Below, piece by piece: positions 31,667 to 43,238 of a stretch of 64,000 nucleotides of DNA. The notes beneath the pieces are model-generated. The model made no database searches, had not been told where the DNA came from, and saw only the letters and a list, made by a program, of their open reading frames with translations. The translations under genes were made by a program, and so were the position numbers. The stretch is from contig OZ024760.1 of NCBI GenBank assembly GCA_964016885.1, positions 23,064,001-23,128,000 on the forward strand, read 5' to 3'. How positions within the stretch are numbered: the stretch's first letter is position 1; each line of letters opens with the position of its first letter. The DNA is from Eledone cirrhosa. Taxonomy: Eukaryota.

Positions 31667-31782
31667 GCATGCTACTGTACGTCTGTATACATATATGTAT
31701 GTACGTATACATACATACTTACATTTAAGTAAGTGCCGTACTAAGAGTGAGAAATGAAATTTCGTTTTCATTTTTTTTTCAA
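30845..31782. mobile_element. Family F element, ~370-bp inverted arms each carrying a hammerhead
   Basis: 30845-31205 is the reverse complement of ~31357-31732. Embedded in TA-rich tracts. Confidence 0.85.
31408..31452 (+). ncRNA. Type-I hammerhead ribozyme (family F)
   Basis: AACGGTG-CTGATGA-TAGCT AACA AGCTT-GAAA-CTAG-TA-CATCGTT. 7-bp stem I, palindromic CTAG stem III, GUA triplet. Mirror copy on the minus strand at 31113-31151. Confidence 0.8.
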
Positions 31783-31800
31783 CTTATATATATATATATT

Positions 31801-31833
<33 letters not shown>

Positions 31834-31872
31834 ATTTATATATTTATATATTTATATATTTATATATATATA

Positions 31873-31949
<77 letters not shown>

Positions 31950-32294
31950 GTATATATATATATGTATATATATATTTATTAAAATAACAGATTAAAGTTT
32001 AAGCAAAGAATGTGTTTCGTGAAATAGTTTTTTTAAGACTATATAGTTCATTTGTAGAAATTTTCCAAATTGACTGATAAGTATTTACTCGTAATTTTAT
32101 TTTGAGTTAAGATTCTATTGGTTTTTTCCCCGGATTACACAACATCTGTGGATAAAATTTTTGGTCTTGACGTATTTTGAATTAAGAATGAACTATTTTC
32201 CCATATCTTACGTTAAATATTTCTCATCTTGACGTAATAGTCACTTATATGTCTGAATTATTGTTGGCTTCTTGCTTACATTAATTTCACTATG

Positions 32295-32377
<83 letters not shown>

Positions 32378-32439
32378 GATTATATATATATATATATATA
32401 TATAAGAATATATATATATATATATATAAGAATATATAA

Positions 32440-32471
<32 letters not shown>

Positions 32472-32609
32472 GTGTGTTTATATATGTATATATGTTCTTA
32501 TGTACATATATATGTATATATATGTATATATATATATGTGTGTATATATATGTATATATGTTCTTATGTACATATATATGTATGTAATGTGTATATATAT
32601 GTGTGTATA

Positions 32610-32679
<70 letters not shown>

Positions 32680-33305
32680 ATATATAATATATATATATAT
32701 ATACATATATATATAACACTCGTTGCCATACTGTGATGGATACATGGAATTCCACTATATGATCGCTTTATGTGGTTCCCGCTATATCTGACTATGCCTA
32801 CATCATTCTCTTTCGTTGATATTATTCTCAAACTGTCACCCCTGAAATCCTTTAATGTCTACAACTACATTTATTTGCATTCATTTGCATTGCTTATATA
32901 ATGTGTTATCTTTTATGTTTCATTTTTATTTTTATCTTTATTTTATCACCTCCTATTTTTATTCTCATATTTTATTCTCATTTTTATTTTTATTATTTTT
33001 TATTATTTTTTATTATTTTTTTATATTTTCTATATATTATCATCATCACTTTATTTTTATCTTCATTTCATCCTTACCTCTAGATGCTACACTTTATGTT
33101 TTATCTCTCATCTCTAATTTCCTTATCTTTTAATTTTCCTTATCTTTAATTATTGTAACTGATTTTGGTCTTATATGTATCGGCTTCTAGCTGTGATGCG
33201 TCGTCCAGGCACCCCACACTTCTTAGTCCTCTGTGCTACATATGGATATTTCTTGTGATATAGGTCAGTAGAGTTTATACTATTGATATAATTCCTCTTT
33301 ATAAC

Positions 33306-33350
33306 GCTCTGACGAGTCCTGCAATTATGCAAGGACGAAACACTGTCAGC
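33306..33350 (+). ncRNA. Canonical minimal type-I hammerhead ribozyme (family I)
   Basis: GCT-CTGACGA-GTCC TGCA ATTA TGCA A GGAC-GAAA-C ACT G-TC-AGC, immediately followed by AATAAA. G10.1-C11.1 pair and GUC triplet. Confidence 0.85.
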
Positions 33351-33411
33351 AAATAAAGATTAATCGATGATGTAAGCGCTCATTGTTTTTGTTTCATATG
33401 TATATATATAT

Positions 33412-33503
<92 letters not shown>

Positions 33504-33615
33504 GTGGGAAAGTAAAATATCGGAGAATAGACCGTTAAAACATGTTTATTTAACCTATCACCTAGGTACGTTTCGCCCAGTTGGGTTTCACAAGGGCATA
33601 AATAATATATATATA

Positions 33616-33730
<115 letters not shown>

Positions 33731-33740
33731 TATATATGGA

Positions 33741-33781
<41 letters not shown>

Positions 33782-34050
33782 GTATATATATGTATGCATA
33801 TATATATGTATATATATGTATATGTATATATGTATAGAAATATATGTATATAGATGTGTATATATATATATATTTATGTGTATATATATGTGTGTATATA
33901 TATGTATATACATGTATATACATGTATATACATGTATATAGATGTGTATATATATGTATATATATGTATATATATAAATGTATAGATATATGCATAAATG
34001 TAGATATATGTATATATGTATATATATATGTTTATATGTATAAAGATATG

Positions 34051-34133
<83 letters not shown>

Positions 34134-34182
34134 ATATGTATATATATGTATATATATGTATATATGTATAAAGTTATGTGTG

Positions 34183-34245
<63 letters not shown>

Positions 34246-34374
34246 GCATATATGTATATATATATATGTATATATATATGTGTGTATATGTGCCTGTGTC
34301 GTTTGTTTTGTTATTTTCGCTATTTCTGTTTACCTTTTACGCATACAAAAAGAAACATACATCCACCCACACCT

Positions 34375-34482
<108 letters not shown>

Positions 34483-34577
34483 GTGAAGACTGAAATCCAA
34501 AGAGAGCTCGATAACGATAAATATATATCAAATATATAAGAATCGTAGAGCAAACATTTATTAAAATAACTGATTAA

Positions 34578-34628
34578 ATTTTAAGCAAAGAATCGCTGCT
34601 TTCGCCCTTATTGGGATCTTCAGAAACT
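34578..34628 (-). ncRNA. Type-I hammerhead ribozyme (family G) within element ~34480-34700
   Basis: Minus strand: TTT-CTGAAGA-TCCC AATAA GGGC-GAAA-GCA GCGATTCTT TGC-TT-AAA. Other copies at ~28970-29037, 44683-45095, 47273-47337 and 61283-61505. Confidence 0.7.
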
Positions 34629-34694
34629 AAAAAGTTTAAGAAGTTCCCATTAAGGGTGAAAGCAGCGATTCTTTGCTTAAACTTTAATCAGGTC

Positions 34695-34785
<91 letters not shown>

Positions 34786-34990
34786 GGTTGGAAGAATTTA
34801 GCAGGTGACAGATAAGGCAGCAGGGCCGAGGTTTCCTATATCTGCCCACCGCTAAAAAGAAGGACACTAACACGTGATAGGATATTTCTTGTGAATTATT
34901 TTATTGACTGGTCAGAGATGGTGGTCACTATGGTAACGATGGACCCCAACAGCAGCAACAACAACAACAACAGCAACAGCAACTGAGTTG

Positions 34991-35043
34991 TTATTCTGGT
35001 CCGAGACTTAGGTATATGGCCATAGAATCGGCTACAGCAAATC
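34991..35043 (-). CDS. Host gene exon 5 (terminal): (G)FAVADSMAIYLSLGPE*
   Basis: Acceptor TTATTTTCAG|GA with phase 1 matching exon 4. TAA stop at 34993-34991. AATAAA ~90 nt downstream (34905-34900). Confidence 0.8.
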
Positions 35044-35119
35044 CTGAAAATAACCACAACAGCAATAGTAACAACAGTAACAAGAGTAACAACGGCAACA
35101 ATAGTAACAACCTCAACAG

Positions 35120-35450
35120 GTAGACAAACATTGTCGAGCTAACCTAGATTGTTAAATACCCTGGTTCACATTGTAGAGTTACGATAGGGTGCTAAATGAC
35201 CAGGTACACATTGTAGAACTACCATAGGGTGAGAAATACACATTGGAGAGGTAACCTTTGGTGTTATATACCCAGGTACACATTGTAGAGCTAGTCTAGA
35301 ATGTAAATAACAAGGTACACATTCTAGAGGTAGTCTAGGGTGTAAATACCTAGGAACACCTTGTAGAGCTAACCTAGAGTGTTAAATAACCAGTTACACC
35401 TTGTAGAGCTAGTCTAGAGTGCTATATACCCAGGTATATATTGTAGAGCT
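35120..35450. repeat. Degenerate ~39-bp minisatellite; second block at ~36150-36310
   Basis: Recurring CAGGTACACATTGTAGAGCTA(A/G)(C/T)CTAG motif in introns 4 and 3 of the host gene. Confidence 0.75.
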
Positions 35451-35695
35451 AGCTTAGTGAGGGGAGAAGACAGGAGAAGAAAATGAAAACGAAGAGAAGA
35501 AAAAAGATGAAGAAAAAGAAGAAAAAGTAAAATAAAAATAAAAAAGAAAAAGAAAAAGAAAAAGAAAAAGAAAAAGAAAAAGAAAAAGAATAGGAAAAAG
35601 AAGACGAAGAAGAAGAAATATGAAAAAGAAGATGAAGAAAAAGAAAACGAAGCGAAGAAAAAAGGAGATATATATATAACATATTATATATATAC

Positions 35696-35859
35696 CTTTA
35701 CTCCATGTGACATTTTTGGAGGAATTCGAATACATGACGATTGGATAAAAATGAGTTGTCTCCCACTGACACCACGAGAATCCTTCTTGAATACTTAACC
35801 AGCCACTATCTGCCGCGCATCCAGCATGTTCAGAGTGCACATAAAAACGACGGTTTTTT
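35696..35859 (-). CDS. Host gene exon 4: (G)KNRRFYVHSEHAGCAADSGWLSIQEGFSWCQWETTHFYPIVMYSNSSKNVTWSK
   Basis: Acceptor CTATTTACAG|A (phase 2), donor AAAG|GTATA (phase 1). 164 nt, open. Confidence 0.85.
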
Positions 35860-36336
35860 CTGTAAATAGGGAAAAAATGGTTTCTGATTTATGCACAACA
35901 GTTTAGAAAGAAGGGAAACGTCAATTAAATCAACCCCAGTGTATTACTGATACTTTATTTTATGGACCCCGTAAGAATGAAAGGTAAAGCTATTAATAAT
36001 AAGGCCATCAATTACACCAGTGCATTACTGGTACTTTATTTTATTGGCCCCGTAAGGATGAAAGGCAAAGTTAACCTGGCGGGATCTGAACTTAGAACGG
36101 AAAGGGCCATAACTCTATTCTAATCCACCATCATAATAATAAGAGATTGATAAATACCTCAGTACACATTGTAGAGCTAACCTAGAGGGCTAAATACCCC
36201 AGTACATATTGTAGAGCTAGTGTAGGGAGCTAAATATCCAGGTACACATTGTAAATCTAGTGTAGGGAGCTAAGTACCCAGGTACACATTGTAGAGCTAG
36301 CCTAGGGTAGCTAGAAGAAGAAGAAGAAGAACTTAC

Positions 36337-36494
36337 CCAACTCCATACATTTTGAAAAAGTAAAAGGGTGGAACTGTTTCCCATGGGGTACTCCGTACAT
36401 TCTCTTTACTGAACCAGCTGGTTATGGAGGTTTTCCTGCCGTTAAACACCATTGTGACAACATCCGTTTGGTTCGTGGAAAAAACAAGTTTTAC
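36337..36494 (-). CDS. Host gene exon 3: VKLVFSTNQTDVVTMVFNGRKTSITSWFSKENVRSTPWETVPPFYFFKMYGV
   Basis: Acceptor CCCTTCAG|GTA (phase 0), donor GG|GTAAGT (phase 2). 158 nt. Confidence 0.85.
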
Positions 36495-36578
36495 CTGAAG
36501 GGCAATATATATATATATATTATATATATTTATCAATGATATTAATAAATGGAAACTATATTTATAAAGCCATATATA

Positions 36579-36635
36579 TTTTATTATATATATTTCAAGG
36601 GTACCAACATTTTGGTACGCACTCCTCAGATAAAA
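36579..36635 (-). ncRNA. Type-I hammerhead motif (family A) in intron 2, same strand as the host gene
   Basis: Minus strand: TTTTAT-CTGAGGA-GTGC GTACCAA AATG TTGGTAC CCTT-GAAA-TATATA-TA-ATAAAA. The base of stem II is imperfect. Confidence 0.6.
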
Positions 36636-37020
36636 TACAAAATTTGTTTTATAAATGTTGACATACCCGAGAAACCAAACACAGAATTCTTCTCAACCCT
36701 TAACATTTAATGTATCTATTTAGTGAAATAACAACATATATATCCACCAAAAATATTTATATAAATACTTATATAAATAACCCGTTGTAATATAATAAAC
36801 TAAAATAGACTTACAACCTTAAAATATACTCATAAATATTATCTATAGGGCGGTGGATTGGCAGTGTCAATACTCATCTTTTCCATTTATCTGAGGGTTC
36901 TAAACCCCCTTATCAGGCTAACATTCCTTTAGTCAAAAATACGGTGAAAGCTATTCTATTTTCTATTTTCTAATTTCAAGCCTGCTCACTGTTTCAAAAC
37001 ATACTTACTTGATATATATA

Positions 37021-37232
37021 GCGTGTGGCTGAGTGGTTAGAGAATTGGATTCGCAATCGTAAGGTTGTGAGTTCGATTCCTGGACCAGGCGATGCGTTAT
37101 GTCCTTGAGCAAGACACTTTATTTCACGTTGCTCCTTCTACCTGGAGTTGCGACCGATAGATAGTATTAGCAATTGGAAAGACCAACGGAAACATTGTTC
37201 CCTCGGTCCGATTTGACGAAAGTCGATCGTTC
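37021..37232 (+). mobile_element. tRNA-derived SINE, family 1 (second copy)
   Basis: Highly similar to 8147-8340, with A and B boxes. Confidence 0.8.
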
Positions 37233-37233
37233 G

Positions 37234-37290
<57 letters not shown>

Positions 37291-37305
37291 CAGTACAGAA
37301 CGTAC

Positions 37306-37484
37306 CTCATCAATTGGAATCTTCTTCCAAATATCCAGAATGGGATGTCGGAAAAAATTCGGACAAAAACTTTCAACACAATCCTCCACTTTCCAAGATG
37401 TCGGACTTCCTTCATTAATGAAGGAATTATAGACTAACGAGTTTGCTCTCATTGTTAAGGCATACACCTTAATCCATCCATCTC
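37306..37484 (-). CDS. Host gene exon 2: (R)DGWIKVYALTMRANSLVYNSFINEGSPTSWKVEDCVESFCPNFFRHPILDIWKKIPIDE
   Basis: Acceptor TTATTTCAG|GA (phase 1, matches exon 1), donor GAG|GTACGT (phase 0). 179 nt. Confidence 0.85.
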
Positions 37485-37488
37485 CTGA

Positions 37489-37549
<61 letters not shown>

Positions 37550-37556
<7 letters not shown>

Positions 37557-40500
37557 CAACAAAAAGAAAACCCCGTGACCAAGAAATACCGGGATGGCGG
37601 CCGGCGGGGAATAGCCATGTCTCTAGGGGAGAACGACCCCTCTAGTCTTGGTTGACACTCGTTCTAGAAGAGGTAACACGAAAAGATTACCCCTTGGCGG
37701 ATAAGGATAAAACGCGACAAAATAAAGTAGATGTCTAATGATGAAATCTCATACCGGATCGGCCGTCACCCGGGTAAAAAAGGGCCGCGTCCCTCAGAGA
37801 GGAACCAGACTGGGGTCGAAAAATCAGCTAATGGTTCAAACCTTCCCATCACTTCGGAGCTGGAGACCTCCCATAACCGGAATACTCCTACTGTTGGCCC
37901 TCCATGCTCACCACCAAGAAATCCAAAGAAAAAGAGAGAAAAATGGTCAAGGGAAGATAATAACGAAGTCCTTGAGGCTTTCTACACTGCCATGTACTAC
38001 CCATCAAATACATCGAATACAGAGCAAACATATATCAACTGGAAAAAGAAACATCCCGAAAACAGAGGCTATATTGACAGTAACAAACTAGCCAATATAC
38101 GAAGAAATATTGTAAGAAAAAAGTTACTAACTGATATAGAAATTGATCAGATCAAGCTAGTAGCACAAAGTCAGCGAAGGGAAAATGAAGCATGTGTCAG
38201 TGAAAACGAGGTAAACTGTAACACTTCGAATCCCAGAGTTGGGGCGGAATCACTGGCAACAGAACAAATTAAAGAAAGGAGCGAAAAAGTGGAGGGAGTG
38301 CATGCTCAGGATGAAACTCCAAATGAAAATAATGAGATCGTAAATGATAAAGAAATGAATGAGAATGAACTTGCCAACTTGAAGGATGAAATTATGATCG
38401 AATGGATGAAAATGAAAGAATCTGACATGGGGGAACGAGACACCCTCCCTAAGATCCAGAACTCCAAACAGAACCAAAAGATAATACACAAGACAAACAT
38501 AATTCTCAAAAACATTATCATCACAAACAAACTAAGCATTACTGACTTAAATCATCTCTATTATGCATCGGCTAAAGTCACCACTCACTTATGTGGAGTG
38601 AAGATGAAAAAACAAAGGAATTCCCACAAGAAATCTACTTGGCAAGATAACATCAATCGCCAAATAAACCTTCTCCGATCTGACATAGAAATTTTAACAA
38701 ACTATAAAGTAGGTGAACATGTTAAACAAACTAAACTTAGAAAATTGAAAAAAAAGTACAGTATAAGATCAACATGTGACATAGACATGCTGATAGAAAC
38801 AATCAAGCAAAAAGTGTCGGCCAAAGCTGCTCGTATAAGGCGCTTTGAAAAACGATCTAGATTCTATAAGGACAATAATATGTTCAAAAACAACCAAAGA
38901 AACTTCTACAGAAAAATTGGTAAGTCAACAATAACTGCTAAATCAATACCACCCAAGGAGGAAGTGCAAGAATTCTGGGAAAAGACCTGGGCCGAAGAAA
39001 AAGTTCATAACATACATTCCCCATGGATAGACAGACAAATGAAAGAAACAGCTCACCTTGAAGAACAAACATGGGAAAATATAACAGTTGAACAGCTGCG
39101 CTTGGCTCTAAGAAAAACCAGCAAATGGAAATCCCCAGGAAAAGACAAAATACAAAACTTTTGGATAAATGCCTTCACAGAGTCTCATGAGCTGTTAGCC
39201 CAACTTTACAATGAAATAGTTAAGGAGCCAGAAAAGATACCATCATGGCTAGTTAACGGCATTACATTCCTGCTACCGAAGAATGATGAGACAAACAATC
39301 CCAAAAATTACAGACCGATAACCTGCTTGACCACAATGTATAAAATTTTAACATCAGTCCTAACTGAATACACATATGACCACCTGATAACAAATGACCT
39401 ATTTCCCATTGAGCAGAAAGGGTGTAAACGAGGCTCATATGGCTGTAAGGATCAGCTTCTGGTTAACAAAATGATACTGGAAGATTGTCATAATAGACAC
39501 AAAAATCTATCGATTGCTTGGATAGATTATAAAAAAGCATTTGATAGTTTGCCACACAGTTGGATTGAAAAATGTTTAGAGATTTTCAAAATATCCCCCG
39601 TTATCAGGAGGTTTTTGTCATTCAGTATGAGGACATGGAGAACGACACTCCTTTTGAATAGTGAAACAAAATCACTGGAAGCTGGAGAAGTTAACATTAA
39701 TTGTGGAATTTTTCAGGGTGACTCTTTATCACCGCTTTTATTCTGCATCGCACTTATACCATTAAGTAAAATGCTCAATGAAACAAAACATGGATATAGA
39801 GTCTATGACAAAACCATTAATCACCTGTTCTACATGGATGACCTGAAACTATTTGCAAAAAATGATGAACAATTGCAAGGGCTATTATCCACTGTGAAGC
39901 AATTCAGTGATGACATTAAAATGGAGTTTGGACTGGATAAATGCGCCAAAGCAACGTTCACCAGAGGAAAGCTGCTGAAGAGTTCAGACATTAATCTTGA
40001 TCGGGGGAACGTGATAAGAGAGCTTGATCAAGAACAAACTTACAAATATCTAGGTGTTTGTGAAGGAGACGGAATCAAGCACTCGACAATGAGGGAAAGG
40101 ATAAGGAAGGAATGTTACCGCAGAGTCAGAGCAATCTTAAGAACGGAATTGAATGCAAGGAATAGGATCGATGCCATAAACACGCTTGCCATACCAGTAG
40201 TAACCTACAGTTACAATGTCATCAACTGGTCAAGCACAGAGATCCGTAGGCTCGATACAAAAATCCGAAAATTCTTAACCATGCACAGAATGCATCACCC
40301 TAAGGCAGACATAGATAGAATATATCTCCCTAGGAAAGAAGGAGGACGTGGGTTAATCCAGTTAGACATTGCGTTGAAAACTGCAACAATTGGATTATCC
40401 ACATATCTAAGGGAATCACATGATTGGATGATCAAACTCGTTTTGAAACACGAAAGCACCAAAAGATCATATTCCATTACAAAAGATGCACAAAGATACA

Positions 40501-41521
40501 GTAATGGACTACAAATTTCAGAAGTCCCATTTACTGCTGAAATGGAAAACACAGAAAAAGCAAAGCAGGTAAAAGTAACTGCAAGGAAAGAACTGCTACA
40601 GAAACTGGCTAAGAAATGGCAAGAAAAGCCTCTGTATGGAAAATACCCAGAGCGAGCTAACAATCCTGATGTTGACAAAACTTTAACCCATCAGTGGTTG
40701 GCATCCTCTGGACTGAAATCGGAGACTGAAGGACTGATTATATCCGCACAAGATCAGTGTCTGCCAACAAAAAATTACCAAGCCAACATAATAAAAAATG
40801 GGTGCAGCCCATTATGCCGTGTATGCAAAAAACAACCAGAGACCATTGACCATATAATTTCAATGTGCAGTCCTATAGCTCCAACCGAATACCTAAACAG
40901 GCATGACAGAGCTGCACAATACATACATTGGATAATGTGCAAGCATTTTGACCTGCCCCATCAAAAGAATTGGTGGGAGCATCAACCACCTCCCATACTT
41001 GAAAAAGATCACATCTCAATCTTGTGGAACTTTAGCATCCAAACAGACCGAAAAATAGATGCAAATAGACCTGATATAATATTGAAGGACTTTCAAAGGA
41101 GGGTATGCCTGCTAATTGATATGTCTGTTCCAATAGACAAGAATGTATCTATAAAAACATTTGAAAAATTGAGCAAGTATAAGGACCTGGAGATAGAAAT
41201 TGGAAAAATGTGGAAATTGAGAACTAAAACAATACCAGTGGTTGTAGGCGCTCTGGGAATGATACCTAAGGGGTCTAACGACTACTTATCGCAAATCCCA
41301 GGAAACCCGCGTATAGGAGAAATACAAAAGATAGTACTAATGGGAACTGCCCATATACTAAGGAAGATCCTGTCAATATAAGTACATCACAAGTCTAAAC
41401 ACTAAGGATGCATGTGTGAATATGTGTGTTCTTTCTTGAACATGGCGGACCTTGTTGTCTCTTGAGGTCACTGGTTGTGACTTGGTGATAACTCGTATAA
41501 ACATAAAGCAAGATAAATGCA
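37550..41521 (+). mobile_element. Full-length R4/Dong-clade non-LTR retrotransposon inserted in (TAA)n
   Basis: Single long ORF with short 5' and 3' UTRs and (TAA)n on both flanks (37490-37549 and 41522-41544). TAA-microsatellite targeting is established for Dong elements. Confidence 0.9.
37731..41381 (+). CDS. R4/Dong retrotransposon polyprotein: reverse transcriptase + CCHC zinc knuckle + restriction-like endonuclease
   Basis: 1216 aa uninterrupted. RT motifs KSPGKD, YRPITCL, WIDYKKAFDS, GIFQGDSLSPLLF, YMDDLKLF, YKYLG. Zinc knuckle CRVC..ETIDHIISMC; RHD; RLE motif RPDI..IDMSVP..EKLSKY. Confidence 0.95.
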   Translation: MSNDEISYRIGRHPGKKGPRPSERNQTGVEKSANGSNLPITSELETSHNRNTPTVGPPCSPPRNPKKKREKWSREDNNEVLEAFYTAMYYPSNTSNTEQTYINWKKKHPENRGYIDSNKLANIRRNIVRKKLLTDIEIDQIKLVAQSQRRENEACVSENEVNCNTSNPRVGAESLATEQIKERSEKVEGVHAQDETPNENNEIVNDKEMNENELANLKDEIMIEWMKMKESDMGERDTLPKIQNSKQNQKIIHKTNIILKNIIITNKLSITDLNHLYYASAKVTTHLCGVKMKKQRNSHKKSTWQDNINRQINLLRSDIEILTNYKVGEHVKQTKLRKLKKKYSIRSTCDIDMLIETIKQKVSAKAARIRRFEKRSRFYKDNNMFKNNQRNFYRKIGKSTITAKSIPPKEEVQEFWEKTWAEEKVHNIHSPWIDRQMKETAHLEEQTWENITVEQLRLALRKTSKWKSPGKDKIQNFWINAFTESHELLAQLYNEIVKEPEKIPSWLVNGITFLLPKNDETNNPKNYRPITCLTTMYKILTSVLTEYTYDHLITNDLFPIEQKGCKRGSYGCKDQLLVNKMILEDCHNRHKNLSIAWIDYKKAFDSLPHSWIEKCLEIFKISPVIRRFLSFSMRTWRTTLLLNSETKSLEAGEVNINCGIFQGDSLSPLLFCIALIPLSKMLNETKHGYRVYDKTINHLFYMDDLKLFAKNDEQLQGLLSTVKQFSDDIKMEFGLDKCAKATFTRGKLLKSSDINLDRGNVIRELDQEQTYKYLGVCEGDGIKHSTMRERIRKECYRRVRAILRTELNARNRIDAINTLAIPVVTYSYNVINWSSTEIRRLDTKIRKFLTMHRMHHPKADIDRIYLPRKEGGRGLIQLDIALKTATIGLSTYLRESHDWMIKLVLKHESTKRSYSITKDAQRYSNGLQISEVPFTAEMENTEKAKQVKVTARKELLQKLAKKWQEKPLYGKYPERANNPDVDKTLTHQWLASSGLKSETEGLIISAQDQCLPTKNYQANIIKNGCSPLCRVCKKQPETIDHIISMCSPIAPTEYLNRHDRAAQYIHWIMCKHFDLPHQKNWWEHQPPPILEKDHISILWNFSIQTDRKIDANRPDIILKDFQRRVCLLIDMSVPIDKNVSIKTFEKLSKYKDLEIEIGKMWKLRTKTIPVVVGALGMIPKGSNDYLSQIPGNPRIGEIQKIVLMGTAHILRKILSI

Positions 41522-42268
41522 AATAATAATAATAATAATAATAATTGTTTCTACCTTTGGCACAAGGCCAGCAATTACCCAGTACATTACTGGTACTTTA
41601 TTTTATCGACCCCGTAAGGATGATTGGCAAAGTTAACCTCGGCAGGATATGGACTCATAACGTAAAGGGACGTAAAATAATGATTTCATTTATTGGCCAC
41701 AAAGGCCTTTGTATTGGGTACAATACAAAGGCAGGAACAATGGGGGTGGGGTACAGTAGGAGTGAGTGGACAAGCACAATAACAAAACCAATGTAATAAT
41801 GAAAAAATATAAAGTATAAAATATAAAAAAATATAACAAAATATATTCTCCAATAAGGGACGTAACTTTATGCTGCAAATCCTAGATAATAATAATAATT
41901 GTTCCTTCTATTGGAACAGGGCCAGCAAATTATCCAGTGCATTACTGGTACTTTAATAATTATTTCTACTTTTGGCACAATGCCAGCAATTATCCAGTGC
42001 ATTACTGGTACTTTATTTTATCAACCCCGTAAGGACCAATGGCAAAGTTAACCTCGGCAGGATTTGAACTCAGAATGGCATGGGGCGAAACTCTATGTGT
42101 CAAAGCATGGCGTCCGACCCTCTACCGATACTGCCAATCCACCGCCACTGGTACTTTAATAATAACAATAATAATAATACGTCCTGAATGTCCGAGGCTG
42201 CAGGTAGCGGCTTGATATTCATTTCAACAAACTTTCCAGTTAAATAACATCAATGACTGAGACTCAAA

Positions 42269-42299
<31 letters not shown>

Positions 42300-42303
<4 letters not shown>

Positions 42304-43035
42304 CTTTCTTTATTAACCACAAGGGTTTACACAAGGTAGACATTAAGGACAGTACAGGACAATACAGGACGGTACAAAAGAGCATTTCTGCGTGTAAAAA
42401 ACAACAAAAAACAGAGGATGTAATAATAGAAAAATGAAAAAATTCCCCAATAGGGGGGAGACTTCCGAGGGACATTCGTGGAGAAAGAGCATTAAAAGCC
42501 ACAGTGACCCTGACCATCAGGCAAGTGCCCTCTCCCAGTTTTCCACCTTTAATTTACAGACACATACTCAGAGTAGGTCCATTCACTCGGGCCATTCTTG
42601 CCCCTCTCACCCATCTTTCAACAAAATGCTGATAATATTGATAATGCTGATAATAATAATAACGTTTTCTTTATTAACCAAAACGGTTGACATAAAGTAC
42701 AAGTGGGCATTTCTGCGTGTAAAGAGAACCAAAGGAAATAACAAAAAAAAAAGAAACAGAGGAAAATTCCCCAATAGGGGGGAGAAATCCGAGGCACACT
42801 CGTGGAGTAAGCCCATTGAAAAAGCCATGGTGACCCTGACTACTAGGGCAAGTGCCCAGTCCCAGTTTTCCACCTCCAATTTACAGGCGCATATTCAGAG
42901 CAGGCCCATTCACTCGAGCCATGCTTGCCTCTCTCCCCCATCTTTCAAAAAATTGCTGGGAAGAGAGCACTTTCATCTACTTCTTAATTTTCCTTAGGAG
43001 CACTAGGTACCATCTGAAAGAGTTTTTAAGGATGG
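42300..43035 (-). mobile_element. Two tandem 3' fragments of a LINE (Tx1/L1-like, tentative)
   Basis: 42300-42630 resembles 42660-43035. Minus reads ..LSSQQFFERWGEASMARVNGPALNMRL*, then a 3' UTR ending GGTTAATAAAGAAA + (ATT)n. A similar tail occurs on the plus strand at ~45130-45355. Confidence 0.55.
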
Positions 43036-43238
43036 TTAAGGAACCAGCCCGCTTTTTCAAAAGGCATGCTTGCTAGGAACAGCAATGACCCTCTGAAACG
43101 TCCTGATTATCTGAGGTTGCAGGTAGCGGCTTGATACTCATTTGAACAAATGTTCGTTCCAATTAAATAACATCAATGACTGAGACTCACAGCATGATAA
43201 TAAAAATTGAAATAATATTAATAATAAAGGTAACTTAC

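Noticed and set aside
38250-40678. Small minus-strand ORFs inside the LINE
   Set aside because: Antisense shadows of the R4 ORF.
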